The position numbers and the translations under genes were made by a program. Shown piece after piece: positions 1 through 13,244 of a DNA stretch of 64,000 nucleotides. The notes below the pieces were generated by a model. It was not told the DNA's origin and ran no database searches. It saw only the letters and a list, made by a program, of their open reading frames with translations. The stretch lies in the NCBI RefSeq assembly GCF_009914755.1, contig NC_060939.1. One strand, 5' to 3'. The stretch is from the human T2T-CHM13v2.0 reference genome, Homo sapiens. Position 1 is the first letter of the stretch. Each line of letters starts with the position of its first letter.

Positions 1-79
1 CCAAGGGTTATGGTGCCTTCTGCCATTTCCGAAAACATCGAACTAGTGCTGGGTGGAACATAGTGCTGTTGAAAAGTTT

Positions 80-232
80 AGTTTGGAGCCATATATGTGC
101 CTGGAATTGGTTCCTGGATCTCCAAGTGCCAGCTGTGTGGGTTAGAGCTTACTCTACTTACCCTTAGCTTCAGTTTCCTCATACATAAGATGGGAATAAA
201 TATACTTGCTACTTTGTTGGATTCTATCATAA
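80..232 (+). mobile_element. MIR SINE remnant
   Basis: MIR core-like 'cagctgtgtg...cttcagtttcctcatacataagatgggaataa'; ends approximate. Confidence 0.7.
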
Positions 233-1190
233 GTGATTGATTAATTTACAGACAGTTACTGGATTCTACTCTGTATCAGATACTATATTAGTTTTTCAGG
301 GGATAGCTTAGGTTGAGATTGCCAGAAGTAGACCCTGAGACAAGGATTTGTGTGAGAGTGATTTGTAAAGGAATGCCTCCAGGAGAAACCTGTAACAGAA
401 CAGTGGAAACAGCAAGGGAGAAGAAGAAAAGCAAGGGTGCCATTTCAGGCAAAGACCCATAGAGGGTGGCTTGAAGCTGATCTTGAAGGGGATCGCTGGA
501 AAATAAGTTATGCTGCAGTATTTGTTCCCACCTATGGAAAAGGGATCTGGGCTTTCGTACTCCAGTACCAATCAGTCATTGGCTAAGGGCTGTCCCATGG
601 GTGAAGGGTGAACATAAACTCAAGCCCTCCAAAGAGGGTTGCAGACACAGTCTGTTAGAAACAGAAGCATATGGAAGGCAGAGAAGAGAAACCAGGGATG
701 GTAAAGGGGATTCCAGGAAATCCAAATGTTTCCTACTAAGAGATATAATAGTCAAAAGATAAACATGGTCTCTAACCTCATAGATTTTACACTCTTAATG
801 GGGGAAACAGATAAGTAAACGGGCAATGCAGTGCTGTAAGGGCTGCTGTGGAGGAAGGTCAGGGTACTATGGAAGCGCAAGGAAGAAGCACTGGGAAAGG
901 ATCAAGGAAGTCTGCCCAAAGGAAGTGATGTGTAGTTGATGAGTAGGACTTACCCCGGCAGAGTGGGAATGAAGGGTCTTCCAGGAAGAAGGACTGCCTG
1001 TGTATGGTTCAGAACAGGGAGTATGGCATATTTGAGGAGCTGAAGGAAATACAGTGTTGACTGGAGTGTACAGTGGAGGGTGGGGAAAGAGGAAGCATTG
1101 AGAAATGATGCTGTGGCAGCCAGCAGGATTCTGACAGCGCAGAGCTTGTAAGAGCTGAGTCAGAATTAGAAGAGGCATTGAAAGTTATAG
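233..1190 (-). mobile_element. L2 LINE 3' region, interrupted by an MLT1 LTR (~302-730)
   Basis: Reverse-oriented L2 3'-end pattern at 233-300 resumes at ~740 ('acatggtctctaacctcatagattttacactc...ggaaacagataagtaaac', 'ggaagtgatgtgtagttga'). Confidence 0.65.
302..730 (-). mobile_element. MLT1-family MaLR solo LTR (MLT1I/J/K-like)
   Basis: 'ccagaagtagaccctgagacaaggatttgtgtgagagtgatttgt' matches the old MLT1 terminus; 'ccaatcagtcattggctaagggctg' internal motif. Confidence 0.7.
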
Positions 1191-1574
1191 GCTTGGCGTC
1201 CCACTAATACTCTACAAATAATATCTAATGGTGGAAATAACAGCTGGTGGGAGAAGTAGTGTCATTAGCAGTATTACTATGACCACTACCTCTACTATTA
1301 CTACTCCCTTACAACTATTATTATTAAGTTGGGACCAAACTAAAGGCCTAGCTGTGTTACACTGTTTATGTGTTTATTATCTGTCTCTCTAAACAGCCTG
1401 TAACTTCCACAGGGTAGGAGTTGTGTGTTTTATCCAATTATTTGCATATTCAGCATAATATATTTGGTAAGTGAATAAAAAATGTTTCTGAGCCCTAGGC
1501 ATGCCAGAGGTTGGGGTGGGGGTGGGAAGGGAAGGCTAAAGATGAACTAGACAGTCTCCAGGCTCAAGGGTACA

Positions 1575-1700
1575 TTCCTTTATTTACTCAATGGCTATTC
1601 ATTGAACACAATTTAGTAGTGCGTACTAAACCTTTGTTAGGTGCTGAGGATACAGTTACAAGGGACACAGATCCTTGTCGTCATGCAACTTACCATCTAG
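1575..1700 (-). mobile_element. L2 3' end; continues at ~4080-4200 beyond the MER20B block
   Basis: 'attcattgaacacaattt...taggtgctgaggatacag...caacttaccatctag', later 'aattacattgtgatgagtgctat'. Confidence 0.6.
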
Positions 1701-2009
1701 CATCATGTTTCTCATTGGGCATGGTTCCACCCCATAGGGAGCATTTGGAAATTTGTGGGGACGTTTTGGGTTGTCACACTATTGGAGGATGCTGTTGGCA
1801 TTGGGATGGCAGAGAAGAGAGAGACTAGGTGTTCTACAATGTGCAGGACAGGCCCATGCAATGAAGAATTGTTCTTTATCCTGCATGATCTTTCAAACAT
1901 CTTGGGGAACAGGCGTGTAGGTGACAAAAGCTCTTTGCAATTAATCTACAATCAAACCGGTTAATATATAAACACGAAGTGGTTTTTGTATGATTTTATT
2001 TTGTGCTGA

Positions 2010-2608
2010 TTTTTTTTCTGCTGTGAAAAAATCACCTAATGTAGAATTTAGTGTCTTAACCACTTAACATAGCCTAACAAATCTTAACCATATAAACAGT
2101 GCACAGTTCAGTAGTGTTAAGTACGTTCACATTTGCTGTACAACAGATCTTTAGAACTTCCTCTTGTAAATCTGAAACTCTGTACGCATTAAACAACGTT
2201 TCCTTTTTCTTTTTTCCACCCCCTGATGACTACCATTCTACTTTTGGTTTCCGTGAATTGGACTATTTTAAATATCTTATTTAAGTGAAATCATATAGTA
2301 TTCATCTTTATGTGACTGCCTCATTTCACTTAGCATAATGTCCTCAAGGTTTATCCTTGTCAGAGCATATGTCAGAATTTCTTTCCTCTTTAAGGCTCAA
2401 TAATATTCTGTTGTGTGCTTCTACTACATTTGGTTTATCCATCCATCCGTAATGGAACTTGAATTGCTTCCACCTCTTGGCTGTTGTGAATGATGCTGCT
2501 GTGAGCAATGGTGTGCACATATCTCTTTGAGAGTCTCTTCCAACTTTTCTGGGTATATACCCAGCAGTAGATTTGCTGGATCATATGGTAATTTTATTTT
2601 TAACTTTA
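2010..2608 (-). mobile_element. L1M (L1MB-like) 3' fragment
   Basis: T-rich start, 'cagttcagtagtgttaagtacgttcacatt', 'catttcacttagcataatgtcctcaaggtttatcc', 'gggtatatacccagcagtagatttgctggatcatatggta'. Confidence 0.85.
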
Positions 2609-3222
2609 TACTTATTTTTTATCTAAAAAATACAATTGTAAATCAAGGAAAGATTGTGTTTTATTTCCCCCACTTTATCAAGAATCGTTCACCCTTTGCA
2701 AAAAATCACGTTGCCAATGGGAATGTCACTCATGGTATTGGAGTCACCAGTTCAATGCATTTAGATGAGTTTGCATTTGTAGCTAGGACATTCACAGCAA
2801 TTCTATACGTAACATGAAGTTCAGACTAGCTGGTTGTATCTTTTTGCATGTTTGTGCCCAAGCATTTATGTAATAATGTGGATATGTATAATTTTTTTCA
2901 CAAATTATTTTCTTTTTATTGTTCCCTTATTGTTAGCATTATATTGACTTTTTGAAAATAAATGTATGGTAGGTTATGTAATCTATGAACTTTGTTTTCA
3001 GGATGGTAAAAGGGAGCTATAAAATGTTATTTTAAAAAGGAAACATTAGTTTTGATTGGCTTAAATGTTCTAGATTTTTAACATGAACCACATTCTAATG
3101 AGAAAGAACTTAAACTGTGATACATATTCACAGCAAAATCTTCAAAACTGCTCTAGTTTTGTAGATCGGGATGGCTGGAGGCAGACAGATATTTCTGTCT
3201 ACATCTAAAAAGTGGGGCACGA

Positions 3223-3620
<398 letters not shown>

Positions 3621-4465
3621 TTAATCATCAGCACTTTTTGGGATTCCTTTCTTAATAGGTAAATAACCATTGGACTTAAAGAAGAAGCGTTCACCGTTTT
3701 GGAAAATCATACCTCGATGGCTATTCATGGTGTCTGGGTGTGCAAATCGAAATGCCTGTATCAGTCTATATTGGTAACATCACATTCCTGGCGACTCTAC
3801 CTACAGGTAAAACATCTGCCTACTTCCTCATTAGGTTTCCTAGCATAGTTATCCCAGGGAATTCAGATATTGAAATATGTACTGTTTTATTATAACTTAC
3901 TTTCCTTTTATTTCTTTTTTATATTACACTTAGGGCATTATATTGATTTTTTAAAAAACATGTGTGTAGGCAGGTTATATTATCCATTCATTTCATTTCA
4001 GGTTAGTAAAAAAAAGGTACTGGAAAATATTTGTCATAAGAAGGAGATTTGGACCTGGTAGGTTTGAGAATCACAGGTCCCATGAATAAATAATTATACC
4101 ACAACTAATCAATTACATTGTGATGAGTGCTATCCAAGGAAAGCACAGAGTGACATGAGCTTGCAGTTCTATATAGATTCATGACATGCACCCTGAAATA
4201 GCGATTTCGGTAAGTCCTTCATCAGCTGCTGTGCCACATAACTGGAACCTTGTCAAGAGGAGCTCCTTGTCCTTGCAAAGGGTGCAGGTGAGGAAAGAGT
4301 GTGGCATCCATTTGGAAGGCTAGGTTAGGTAAGGGTCTGGCTGTAGCACTTGAGGTGACAGGGCCTACATAAATGTGGCACTGTGGGGTGTGCAGGACTA
4401 TAAAACAGGATTCTTGGGCTTGTTCTCTGGATGGTGAAAGAAAACACCACACCCTCAGGAAGACT

Positions 4466-4770
4466 TCATTTATTCATTCATTTAACAAGTATTTATTAAG
4501 TACCCTCTATGTGACAGGCACTTTTGGAGATACTGCAGGGAATAAAACAGGCAAGGATTCCTGTGTGTCTGAAGCTTAACTTGCTGTCAGAGCAGCCAGG
4601 CAGTAAACAAATAAACAAGTAAGTGTGTAGTATGTCAAATAGTGATAAAGTCTATGGAGAAAGATAAGGCAGCATCAGGGGAATGGGGAGGCTGGAGATG
4701 GGATGGGAGGGCTATTTTATATCAGGTGCACAGGGAAGCATCTTAGATAAGACGGCATGTGAGCAAAAGT
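4466..4770 (-). mobile_element. L2a 3' end
   Basis: 'tcatttattcattcatttaacaagtatttattaagtaccctctatgtgacaggcac'. Confidence 0.85.
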
Positions 4771-5043
4771 GTGGAGTGCTTTCCATTCAGCAAGAGCAAG
4801 TCAGGCCAGAATTCTCTTGCATTAGTTCCCCTTCTGCCTCTACCCGCTATTGCCGTTCTTCCTGCTACTCCCTGGTGCAGGCTTAGCAACTCACTTCTAG
4901 ATAAGCACATTTATCTAGGAGTCCTTTGTTCCCCTGCTCTCTCACCCAGTTGTTCCCCCTTACATGTAGCTACTGCTCGTTCCTGCTGGATTGTTCTTCC
5001 GGAATCTGGTTGCAAATACATGCCTCTCCAAAACTCTGCATGA

Positions 5044-5330
5044 GGCCAGGCGTGGTGGCTCACACCTGTAATCCCAGCACTTTGGGAGGCAGAGGCAGGC
5101 AGATCACCTGAAGTCAGGAGTTTGAGGCCATCCTGGCCAACACGGTGAAACCCCATCTCTACTAAAAATACAAAAATTAGCTGGGCGTGGTGGTGGCCGT
5201 CTGTAATCCCACCTAATTGGGAGGCAGAGGCGAGAGAATCGCTTGAACCCTGGAGGCGGAGCCAAGATCTCGCCACTGCACTCCAGCCTGGGTGATAGAG
5301 CCAGACTCCATCTCAGAAAAAAAAAAAAAA
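5044..5330 (+). mobile_element. AluS (Sx/Sz-like) with a small right-arm deletion
   Basis: 'gatcacctgaagtcaggagtttgag'; A-tail; TSD tctgcatga on both sides. Confidence 0.96.
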
Positions 5331-5344
5331 TCTGCATGAGATCT

Positions 5345-5710
5345 TAATCTTTACAAATGAAGTCTAGACTGTGGATCGTGGCATTCAAAGTCTTTCAGGT
5401 GCCGGCCCACACTACTCTTTTCATCTTTCTCTCTGTTGCTGTTGCCTTTAACAGACCCCATTCCCCCGTCAAACCAAATTCCTGCTCATCAAGTGTGACG
5501 GTGCTTTCTCATCTTACCTATGTAAATTTTTTCCTTCTCCCATTCCCTCTCCTTAGAACACTCTTCTCCCATGCTCCTTCTTCCCAAATCCTAACCTTCA
5601 AGACTCATGCCATTCTATATTCCAGGATAACTTCCCCATTCCCTTGAGAATCTATGCTTTTCTTTTTATTTTATGTTATAATTTCTTCCCTGCTAAAGTG
5701 TAACCATGAG
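5345..5710 (+). mobile_element. L2 remnant
   Basis: 'aatgaagtctagactgtggatcgtggcattcaaagtctttca', pyrimidine-rich L2 3' pattern. Confidence 0.5.
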
Positions 5711-5909
5711 TTGAAATAGACAACTGGAGGAAGTAGCAGGGGAGGAAACTCAACCATCTTTGGGAGTCATGCAGGTAACATGAAGGAGAGTCCTAGTGTG
5801 TGAGTAGAGGACAATAGGGTGGGATGGGGCCTGTGGAGAACTGCAAGGTATATGCCTATCTAAAGTTACTCACAGAGTCCCCGGGCCATGTTTCTGTAAC
5901 TTCTGGAAT

Positions 5910-6100
5910 AAGGAGTATAAAATCAGATTGACATGGACTTAAATTCTGGTTGTATTCCTTACTGATGTGCAAATTTTGGCAGGTTATTGAACTCCTTTCC
6001 TGCTGTTTCTTCACTGCTGTCCTGGGGGTAATAGCACCCCTTTAAAATGATGAGTGAGGTCTATATAAAGTGCCTGGTGCATAGGAAACATTCAAAATAC
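5910..6100 (+). mobile_element. MIR
   Basis: 'gacatggacttaaattctgg...ttttggcaggttattgaact...aaagtgcctggtgcatagga'. Confidence 0.7.
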
Positions 6101-6592
6101 TATCTGTCTTCCTCTGTGTCCTCCATGATGTCAAGCATAGTATCAGTCACATGGTAGTTCTCCACAACTATTTGCTGAATTAGACTATTCAATACAAGAG
6201 AGTAAAGGGTCAAGAACAATTGAGGGAATGTCCTGGTCATAACTGATGAGAGTGTTGAGAGAGAGAATTGAGTGTGTTCTGGAGGGCTGGGGAGGCCTCA
6301 TGGAGGCAATCAGGCTGCTGCTGGGCTCTAAGACTGGGTAGGGCTTAAATGAACAACTGAGAGGGAGATGGTGGAACATCATGAATGAAGACTCAGAGGT
6401 AAGCGAGTGTGAGAAAGAGATCATCCTGGTCCCCACTGGTGGACAATTTTTGAAAACATCAACCTTACTGGTGCACAGAATATAATTAAACCAATTACAA
6501 GAGTTCCCTTGCCTTTATCCTGAGAGGTGGGTGCTGGGTGCTCTCCCCTGGGGCATTCACCCATAAAATCCTTGTACAGACCCAAGCATTGC

Positions 6593-6617
6593 TGTGTGTG
6601 TGTGTGTGTGTGTGTGT
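6593..6617. repeat. (TG)n microsatellite
   Basis: ~12 pure TG units. Confidence 0.95.
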
Positions 6618-7338
6618 ATCAGCAGGTAGGCTATTTCCTTTAAGTAGCATTTGATGAAGCTGGTAAGTTCTAGGCTTGCTGGTGTAAGGATGTAGTTGGT
6701 ATAATAATGAGTCATTATTATTGAATAGGCCTATGTAATTAATCTAGGAAAATCATGTCCTGATGTACTATATTACTGAGTAGAGTGAATAGTGAGAGTC
6801 TTGTGTCCTAGGGGAATGCAGACTTCTTTCAAAGCATTTTTAAAATGCAGATTTCCTCTGCTCAGATCTGGATTGCTCATTTTTCATCTGTCTGCTTCTC
6901 CACTTCAGCTGAGAACAATGCACTTCTTTTCAGTCCAACAAAGAAATAGACGTTTAAAGATGGTAGACAAAGAAGGCAATTGCAAATATATATGTGTGTA
7001 TGTATATACTATATAACATGTGTACGTGCATACATGTACAGATATATTTATAATAAGTTAAACATTTATTTCAAATTCACCCTAAGTTTTTAAAAATAGC
7101 ATACTCTGAGAAGGAATAAACAATCCATAGATTGTTACCTAAAAGCTGAAAAGTACTATAAAGAGAAAACAAAACAGTACATAAAGGATTTTAAAATATG
7201 TGGTGCCTAGCTGGTATAGGAATGATTTGCATAAAATGGAACAGAAAGAGTTTAGGATCACTCATATTTGTTTTAAGCACAAAATCAACAATATATTCTG
7301 AAAACAACATGGCTAGTCTATCTTTAAAAAAGTTTCAG

Positions 7339-7718
<380 letters not shown>

Positions 7719-8919
7719 TCAAAATTAGTTGGTTATAGTATTAGTTTAACACTTGAAATTTTTACATATACCTTCCACCTTTATATTCCAAATGACATGA
7801 GAACACTTTTCCTATTTTGCTGACATTTCCATTGAGATAGAAATCTCTTTAAAAATAGTTTATGTGAGGTAACATCAAGACTGACATTGTTTTGACTGAA
7901 TTTTCAGTGAAGATCTTTTAAAAATCCTCATTGTTTCCTGCGAAACAAAAACCTCATCATAATGAACCAAATTGCAATTATTAGAAAGAATGTTCCCCCT
8001 CCACAGTGGATTACTTTAATAGACATACCATATTTGGTTTCATTGCTTAATTTAAAGAAAATATCTTTCAGAATTAGCATAAGAACTTGTCATATGATTT
8101 ATGGTTTAGTATTCAGGATATTTGTTGGATTCTGTGACACTATTCATAGTGTTTGTTACTCATAGACATCAACAATTCGTCACAGAAGAATTCCATCCTG
8201 GGAAAGCAGACTTTAAATGAAAAGTGTTTTTCTGAGTCTTCAGATTTCTATACTGCACTTTGAAAGACTGGATAAAATGGACAATGAAAATGTTCACCAT
8301 CTCTAAGCAGGACATGAAACATAGATGCCAGAAAGTAGATTTCCCCCATCATGCCTCGTATCGAGTTCATTCAAGATGTAATTGGAAAAAATACAACTAT
8401 TTCAGAACAGACACGAGTGCTTGTCTTGGGAAGGGGTTGTTTTATAATGTTATAGACTTTTTTCCATTGACACTCCTCATTCTTATCTAATAAAGTACAA
8501 TGCTACAACTTTTGTAACTCATCGAAATAATTAAAGTGGACACACTGCCATCCCATGAATGTTATATCAACAATTAAGTGTGAAAAATGATGCCGGGTCT
8601 GGGAAGTAGGTCCTGCACATTACCATTATTGTGTGCTAATCTGTTTCATTCATGAACTAACCAGAAGCAACAAGAAAAGCTTGAGATTTGAGGCCTGAAT
8701 TCTGGATTTTCCCTTTTAGGGTAGAACTGACTTTTGGCTGGAGATTCTTTCCACACTGTTCTTAGTGTTCAGCAAAAACAAAAACAAACAAACAAACAAA
8801 AAACAAAACTCCTCATTAATCCATGGTGAAAAATTACTAAAAGGAAAAAATCCTGTAGTAGTAAGAGAAGTCTCACTTGGGAAGGATTTTAGCACCAGCC
8901 GTCTTCGTAAGCAGCAGAG

Positions 8920-9085
8920 TGGAAGTGCTTGGGCTTTGATGTTGGAAGGAAGCTTTTTCCTGGCCAAGTTACTCTCTGCACTGCAGCTTCCTCATCTATG
9001 AAATGTGACCAAATAAGGCATCCTTCATAGGCTTGTTGAGATTATCAGTTGAGCTATCCCATGACAAGTGCCTGACTATATATTA
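8920..9085 (+). mobile_element. MIR
   Basis: 'ggccaagttactctctgcactgcagcttcctcatctatgaaatg'. Confidence 0.7.
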
Positions 9086-9369
9086 CCATCAAAACATAGT
9101 TATTTGAGAACTACCTATATAGGGTACCTGGATCCCACACAATTGAAAGAAATACTGGCTTTGTTCTTGCCACCAGGGCAGCTTGTCGGCTGACACGCTG
9201 CATCTTTTGTGTTTTAACAATCTTTTATTGTGCATCAGTTTCACAGCAAAGTATCGCATGAGCCCTTAGAAAGATTGTGGAATGGGAAAATTCATCTTAA
9301 CAACTAAATCAATGGGTGACTGGAGCAGTCAGTGCTTTCTAGGGCATCCAATTTCTCTAGCAAATGTGG

Positions 9370-9960
9370 ATTAGGCACCTAATATGCGCCAGTACACCAG
9401 ACATGAGCTCAGTTAGAGTGGGGGCTCTAGATGTGGCTAAGACATACTGTGTCTTCTCTCCAGAAAGATTGGGAGACATTTATGTGAGTAAGTAAAGACA
9501 TTCTTGTGTAATAAGTGTGGTCACCAAGTTGTTATGTGTTGGGAGCACAGACTCTGTCTTAGCACTGAGGAAAGCTTCATGAAGGAGTTGACATTTGAAT
9601 TGGGCTTGAAGCAGAATTTTAGGGCATGTGCAGAAGCTAGGAGACGCAATGGAGCATTCTGTGTTTGGGAACTTTTTTAGAGTGGCTGAAACAGAAAGTG
9701 GTGGAGAATCTCTGGGGCCTGATTATAAAGGGCTCCCTTTGCCCCATCTAGTAGACAGTGTGTGGGAAAACTCTGTGGCAGTGGTGGCGGGAGAGGCTGG
9801 AAGCTTACTTACACGGCTTTCAGGAATAGTCAAGCAAGAGAAAATGAGGGCTCAGAGCAAGGCAGAGGCCGGTAGCATTTGCTATAGAGAGTGAAGGAGA
9901 GAGGATCCAAAGGTGAAGCTGAGATTTCTAGCTTGAGCTATGGGATGACAATGTTGTCAC
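9370..9960 (-). mobile_element. L2 remnant
   Basis: 'ggaaagcttcatgaaggagttgacatttgaattgggcttgaag', 'gagatttctagcttgagc'. Confidence 0.7.
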
Positions 9961-11547
9961 TTGTTTATCTTGGCTGGCCAGCTACCAATACTCCCAGGTT
10001 TTGAGGTCTTGCTACCAACTTGAGCACGTCTCCTGTTTCCTAAATAACTCAAGCAGTCCAAGGATATAATCATTGTTCAGGCTCCTTCAAGTGTCATCAA
10101 AAGAAAAGGATGATGGTGGCATGACTCTTGTCATTCTCTAGGTGGGTGCCATGGTTGCCTAGCTAGCTATTCTTTTTGAGCGAGGTCTGTGGATCCCTGA
10201 GCATTCCTAAGACCCTTTTGGAGGGTCTGCCAACCGAATACTATTTTCATGACGCTACTAGGATGTAATTTGCTACCTTCACTCTCATTCTCTTCTAGGT
10301 GTTTAGCTATGTGGTGACATCATTACTCTGATGGCTAGTGGAATATGTCTTGGGCATTTTTGTGTTTTCCAGAATTTTCTAAGGTAGTAGATTTAGGGTA
10401 AATATATGAGCATTTTTAGAGATTAACTCAGTATGTTTTCAATACTTGTACTGTACCCTTAATAGCAGATTATGTCTTATATATTATGTGTAATTTTATT
10501 GTCATCCACTAAATCATTAATTGAGGTTTTCCTTCCACCTAAGTGGAAACACAATAAGAAGTACACTTTATTGTCTTCATTTGTAATATTTTAAATGTAT
10601 GTAATAATATTTGCAATATACATAAAATACACTTTTAAACTTTAAATTTTTTCTGAAACTTATTTTAGAATTTAATATTTTATTCCATAATAAAACAAAT
10701 TGTGTTTTATCTAATATTTAAAAATATATTACAGGCCAAAAATAAGGGGAGATTAGAAGAATAGCTTTTTCAACCCACAGCCAAACCGTCTGTATATAAA
10801 GAAAATGAAAAACATGAAACTGACTATAGAGAATTCTGTGACTCTGGAAGGGAGGAATATGAGTGAAACTGTAAATGGGAAACAAAAGTATGATGACAGC
10901 TGTCTTTCCCTTGGCTTTAGTGATATTAATAACTAACCCTATTTTGTTATGGGCAACAGAACATTTGAAATAAAACTATGGTGCCACTTGTGACACCATT
11001 TTAAGACCAGTATTTAACAGTTTAAAGAAAAGGAATTGAATATATTAAAGTAAAGATGATAAGGTCTTTAAAAGCAAAACATTTTCAAATGAGGCATCTT
11101 TAGATAAATTAATTATTCCCTTGCATTGGCTTGAAAAGTGCATATAATAGCTAAGAGACTAATTGAGCTATGTGTGTTCAATCTGAATTAATTTGATTTG
11201 AATATTGAATTACTTTTGCCTTTCAAATGGATGAATCTAGGTTTGCTTGTATCCATTCAGTTTCAGCATCAATGAATCATCAAAGATGATCATTTATGTG
11301 ACTACGTGGCAACCAACACAGGTGGGTGCTGAAATAATCAAAAGTATTGAGTAACCTTTTTTGCTCTCATGATTTATCTTGGAAAAACAATGTTGACATA
11401 TACGACAATGGTGCAAAAATGGTGCAAACATTTTTATGTCTTAGCAACAATGAAAGGAGAGCCACCAAAGTGTCTTGACAGTCATGGTATTCCCTACTGC
11501 ATATTTGCAAATTTTAAGAAGCCAGATTCACTTAAAAATGTCTTTGC

Positions 11548-12288
11548 TGGTTTTGGGCCATCACATTTCAGAGATGATGATAATGGGCCAGGGTTGAAAC
11601 TCTGCCTCTGTCTTCTGATGCCACAAACACCCCATATTCTTTTCTAATTCCTTAGAGAGATTGAAGAAAGTGCTCCAATAATAATAGAGGCTGATTTTTT
11701 TCCTTTACACCATAGAGATTAGGGACATGAGCTATATTCGAGATTTGATTTAAAAAATAAAGCAATATGACATCTCTGTTATCAATATGGCAAATTCATG
11801 CCAGCACCACGTATTATTTCAAGAAACATGTAATTAGGCTCGAAATCTAGAGCTTTCTTGCAATCATTTTGTTTTGTGCATGTGAGCTTCAGCTTTTATG
11901 GCAAGATTTTTGGTTAACTCGTTCTTTAGAGGTAAATTTTAGATGCACGTGGTCCATCCATGTAAAGTTGTCATGTCGTTCTGTATTTTTATATTTTTCT
12001 TTTTAAATCTTAAAGCAAATTATTATAAATCCCTTAAGTAACCTCACTTGTTACAGATGTCTCATGAATGTCAGATCCAAAACCTAGTATTTGATCATGA
12101 AACTTGATTTAAAAGCAGCAATTTCTTCGCCATTTCCGGAGAATTACATGTTTAGGGGAAAATAATTTAAACTCAGTGTATTGCAGAAGCAGAATAATTC
12201 TTTTCAGAACCTTGTGTCAGTCAAGTAGACAATCTTCTTGATTGGTAGGCTTTTGTTTGGTCCAACTGGACTCAAAATATGAGCATGA
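11548..12288 (+). other. Foreign non-Charlie segment co-inserted with the downstream AluY (putative retrocopied genomic flank)
   Basis: Charlie1 breaks at 11547 and resumes at 12612; TSD aaaaatgtctttgc / aaaaaagtctttgc brackets segment plus Alu. Confidence 0.75.
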
Positions 12289-12569
12289 GGCTGGGAGTGG
12301 TGGCACACGCCTGTAATCCCAGCACTTTGGGAGGCCGAGGTGGGTAGATCACGAGGTCAGGAGATCAAGACTATCCTGGCTAACACGGTGAAACCCTGAC
12401 TCTACTAAAAATACAAAAAAATTAGCCGAGTGTGGTGGCAGGCACCTGTAGTCCCAGCTACTCAGGATGCTGAGGCAGGAGAATGGCGTGAACCCGGGAG
12501 GCAGAGCTTGCAGTAAGCCGAGATCTCGCCACTGCACTCCAGCCAGGGCGACAGAGCGAGACTCTGTCT

Positions 12570-12603
<34 letters not shown>
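12289..12603 (+). mobile_element. AluY with a 33-nt pure A tail and no TSD of its own
   Basis: Y diagnostics (gatcacgaggtcaggagatc, gaatggcgtgaacccggg, gagcttgcag); upstream 'aaaatatgagcatga' is not repeated after the tail. Confidence 0.96.
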
Positions 12604-12607
<4 letters not shown>

Positions 12608-13244
12608 TTGCCAAAGCTGTAAAAATGGTTAATTTTATTAAATCTTAACCTTTGAGTACATATCTTTTTAACATTCTGTTTGATAAAATTGGAAGAATGC
12701 ATAAAGCACTTTTGCTGCATTCTGAAGTACTATAGCTGTCTCAAGGAAAGGCATTTGTTTGATTATTTGAGTTGGGAATAGCTAGCCACCTTTTTTATGG
12801 AACATCATTTTTACTTGAAAGAATGACAGAGCAGACAAACTGTGAGTATTCAGGCTTCAGTACTTGACATACATTTTCTGCAAAATAAATGAAGTGAGCC
12901 TGTCACATCAATAAAAGGTATGACGAATGCTATCTTTCCTTTGGCTTCTGTGATGTTAATGTAACTTATTGTGTAATGTGTGACAGAGCATTTTTGAATA
13001 GCATTACAGTGCCAGATGTGGTGTCATTTTGAAATCAATCTTTTGGAGCTTAAAGAAAAAAGGAATTGAATACTTTAAGTGTAGATGTGATAAGCTGAAA
13101 GTATTTTTTATCCATGAAATGAAATTCAAGTTTTCAAGCAAAGATTAGAATTTTGGGAAATTTGTATCCAACACCATGAACCTGAGAGCCTCCCAATATT
13201 TCTGATAAGATAGATGGTGATTTTAAGAAACGTGACTTATTTGA

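Noticed and set aside
11572-11622. C box (ATGATGA) and D box (CTGA) suggesting a snoRNA
   Set aside because: Only ~45 nt apart, no terminal stem, and within a MIR-like fragment.
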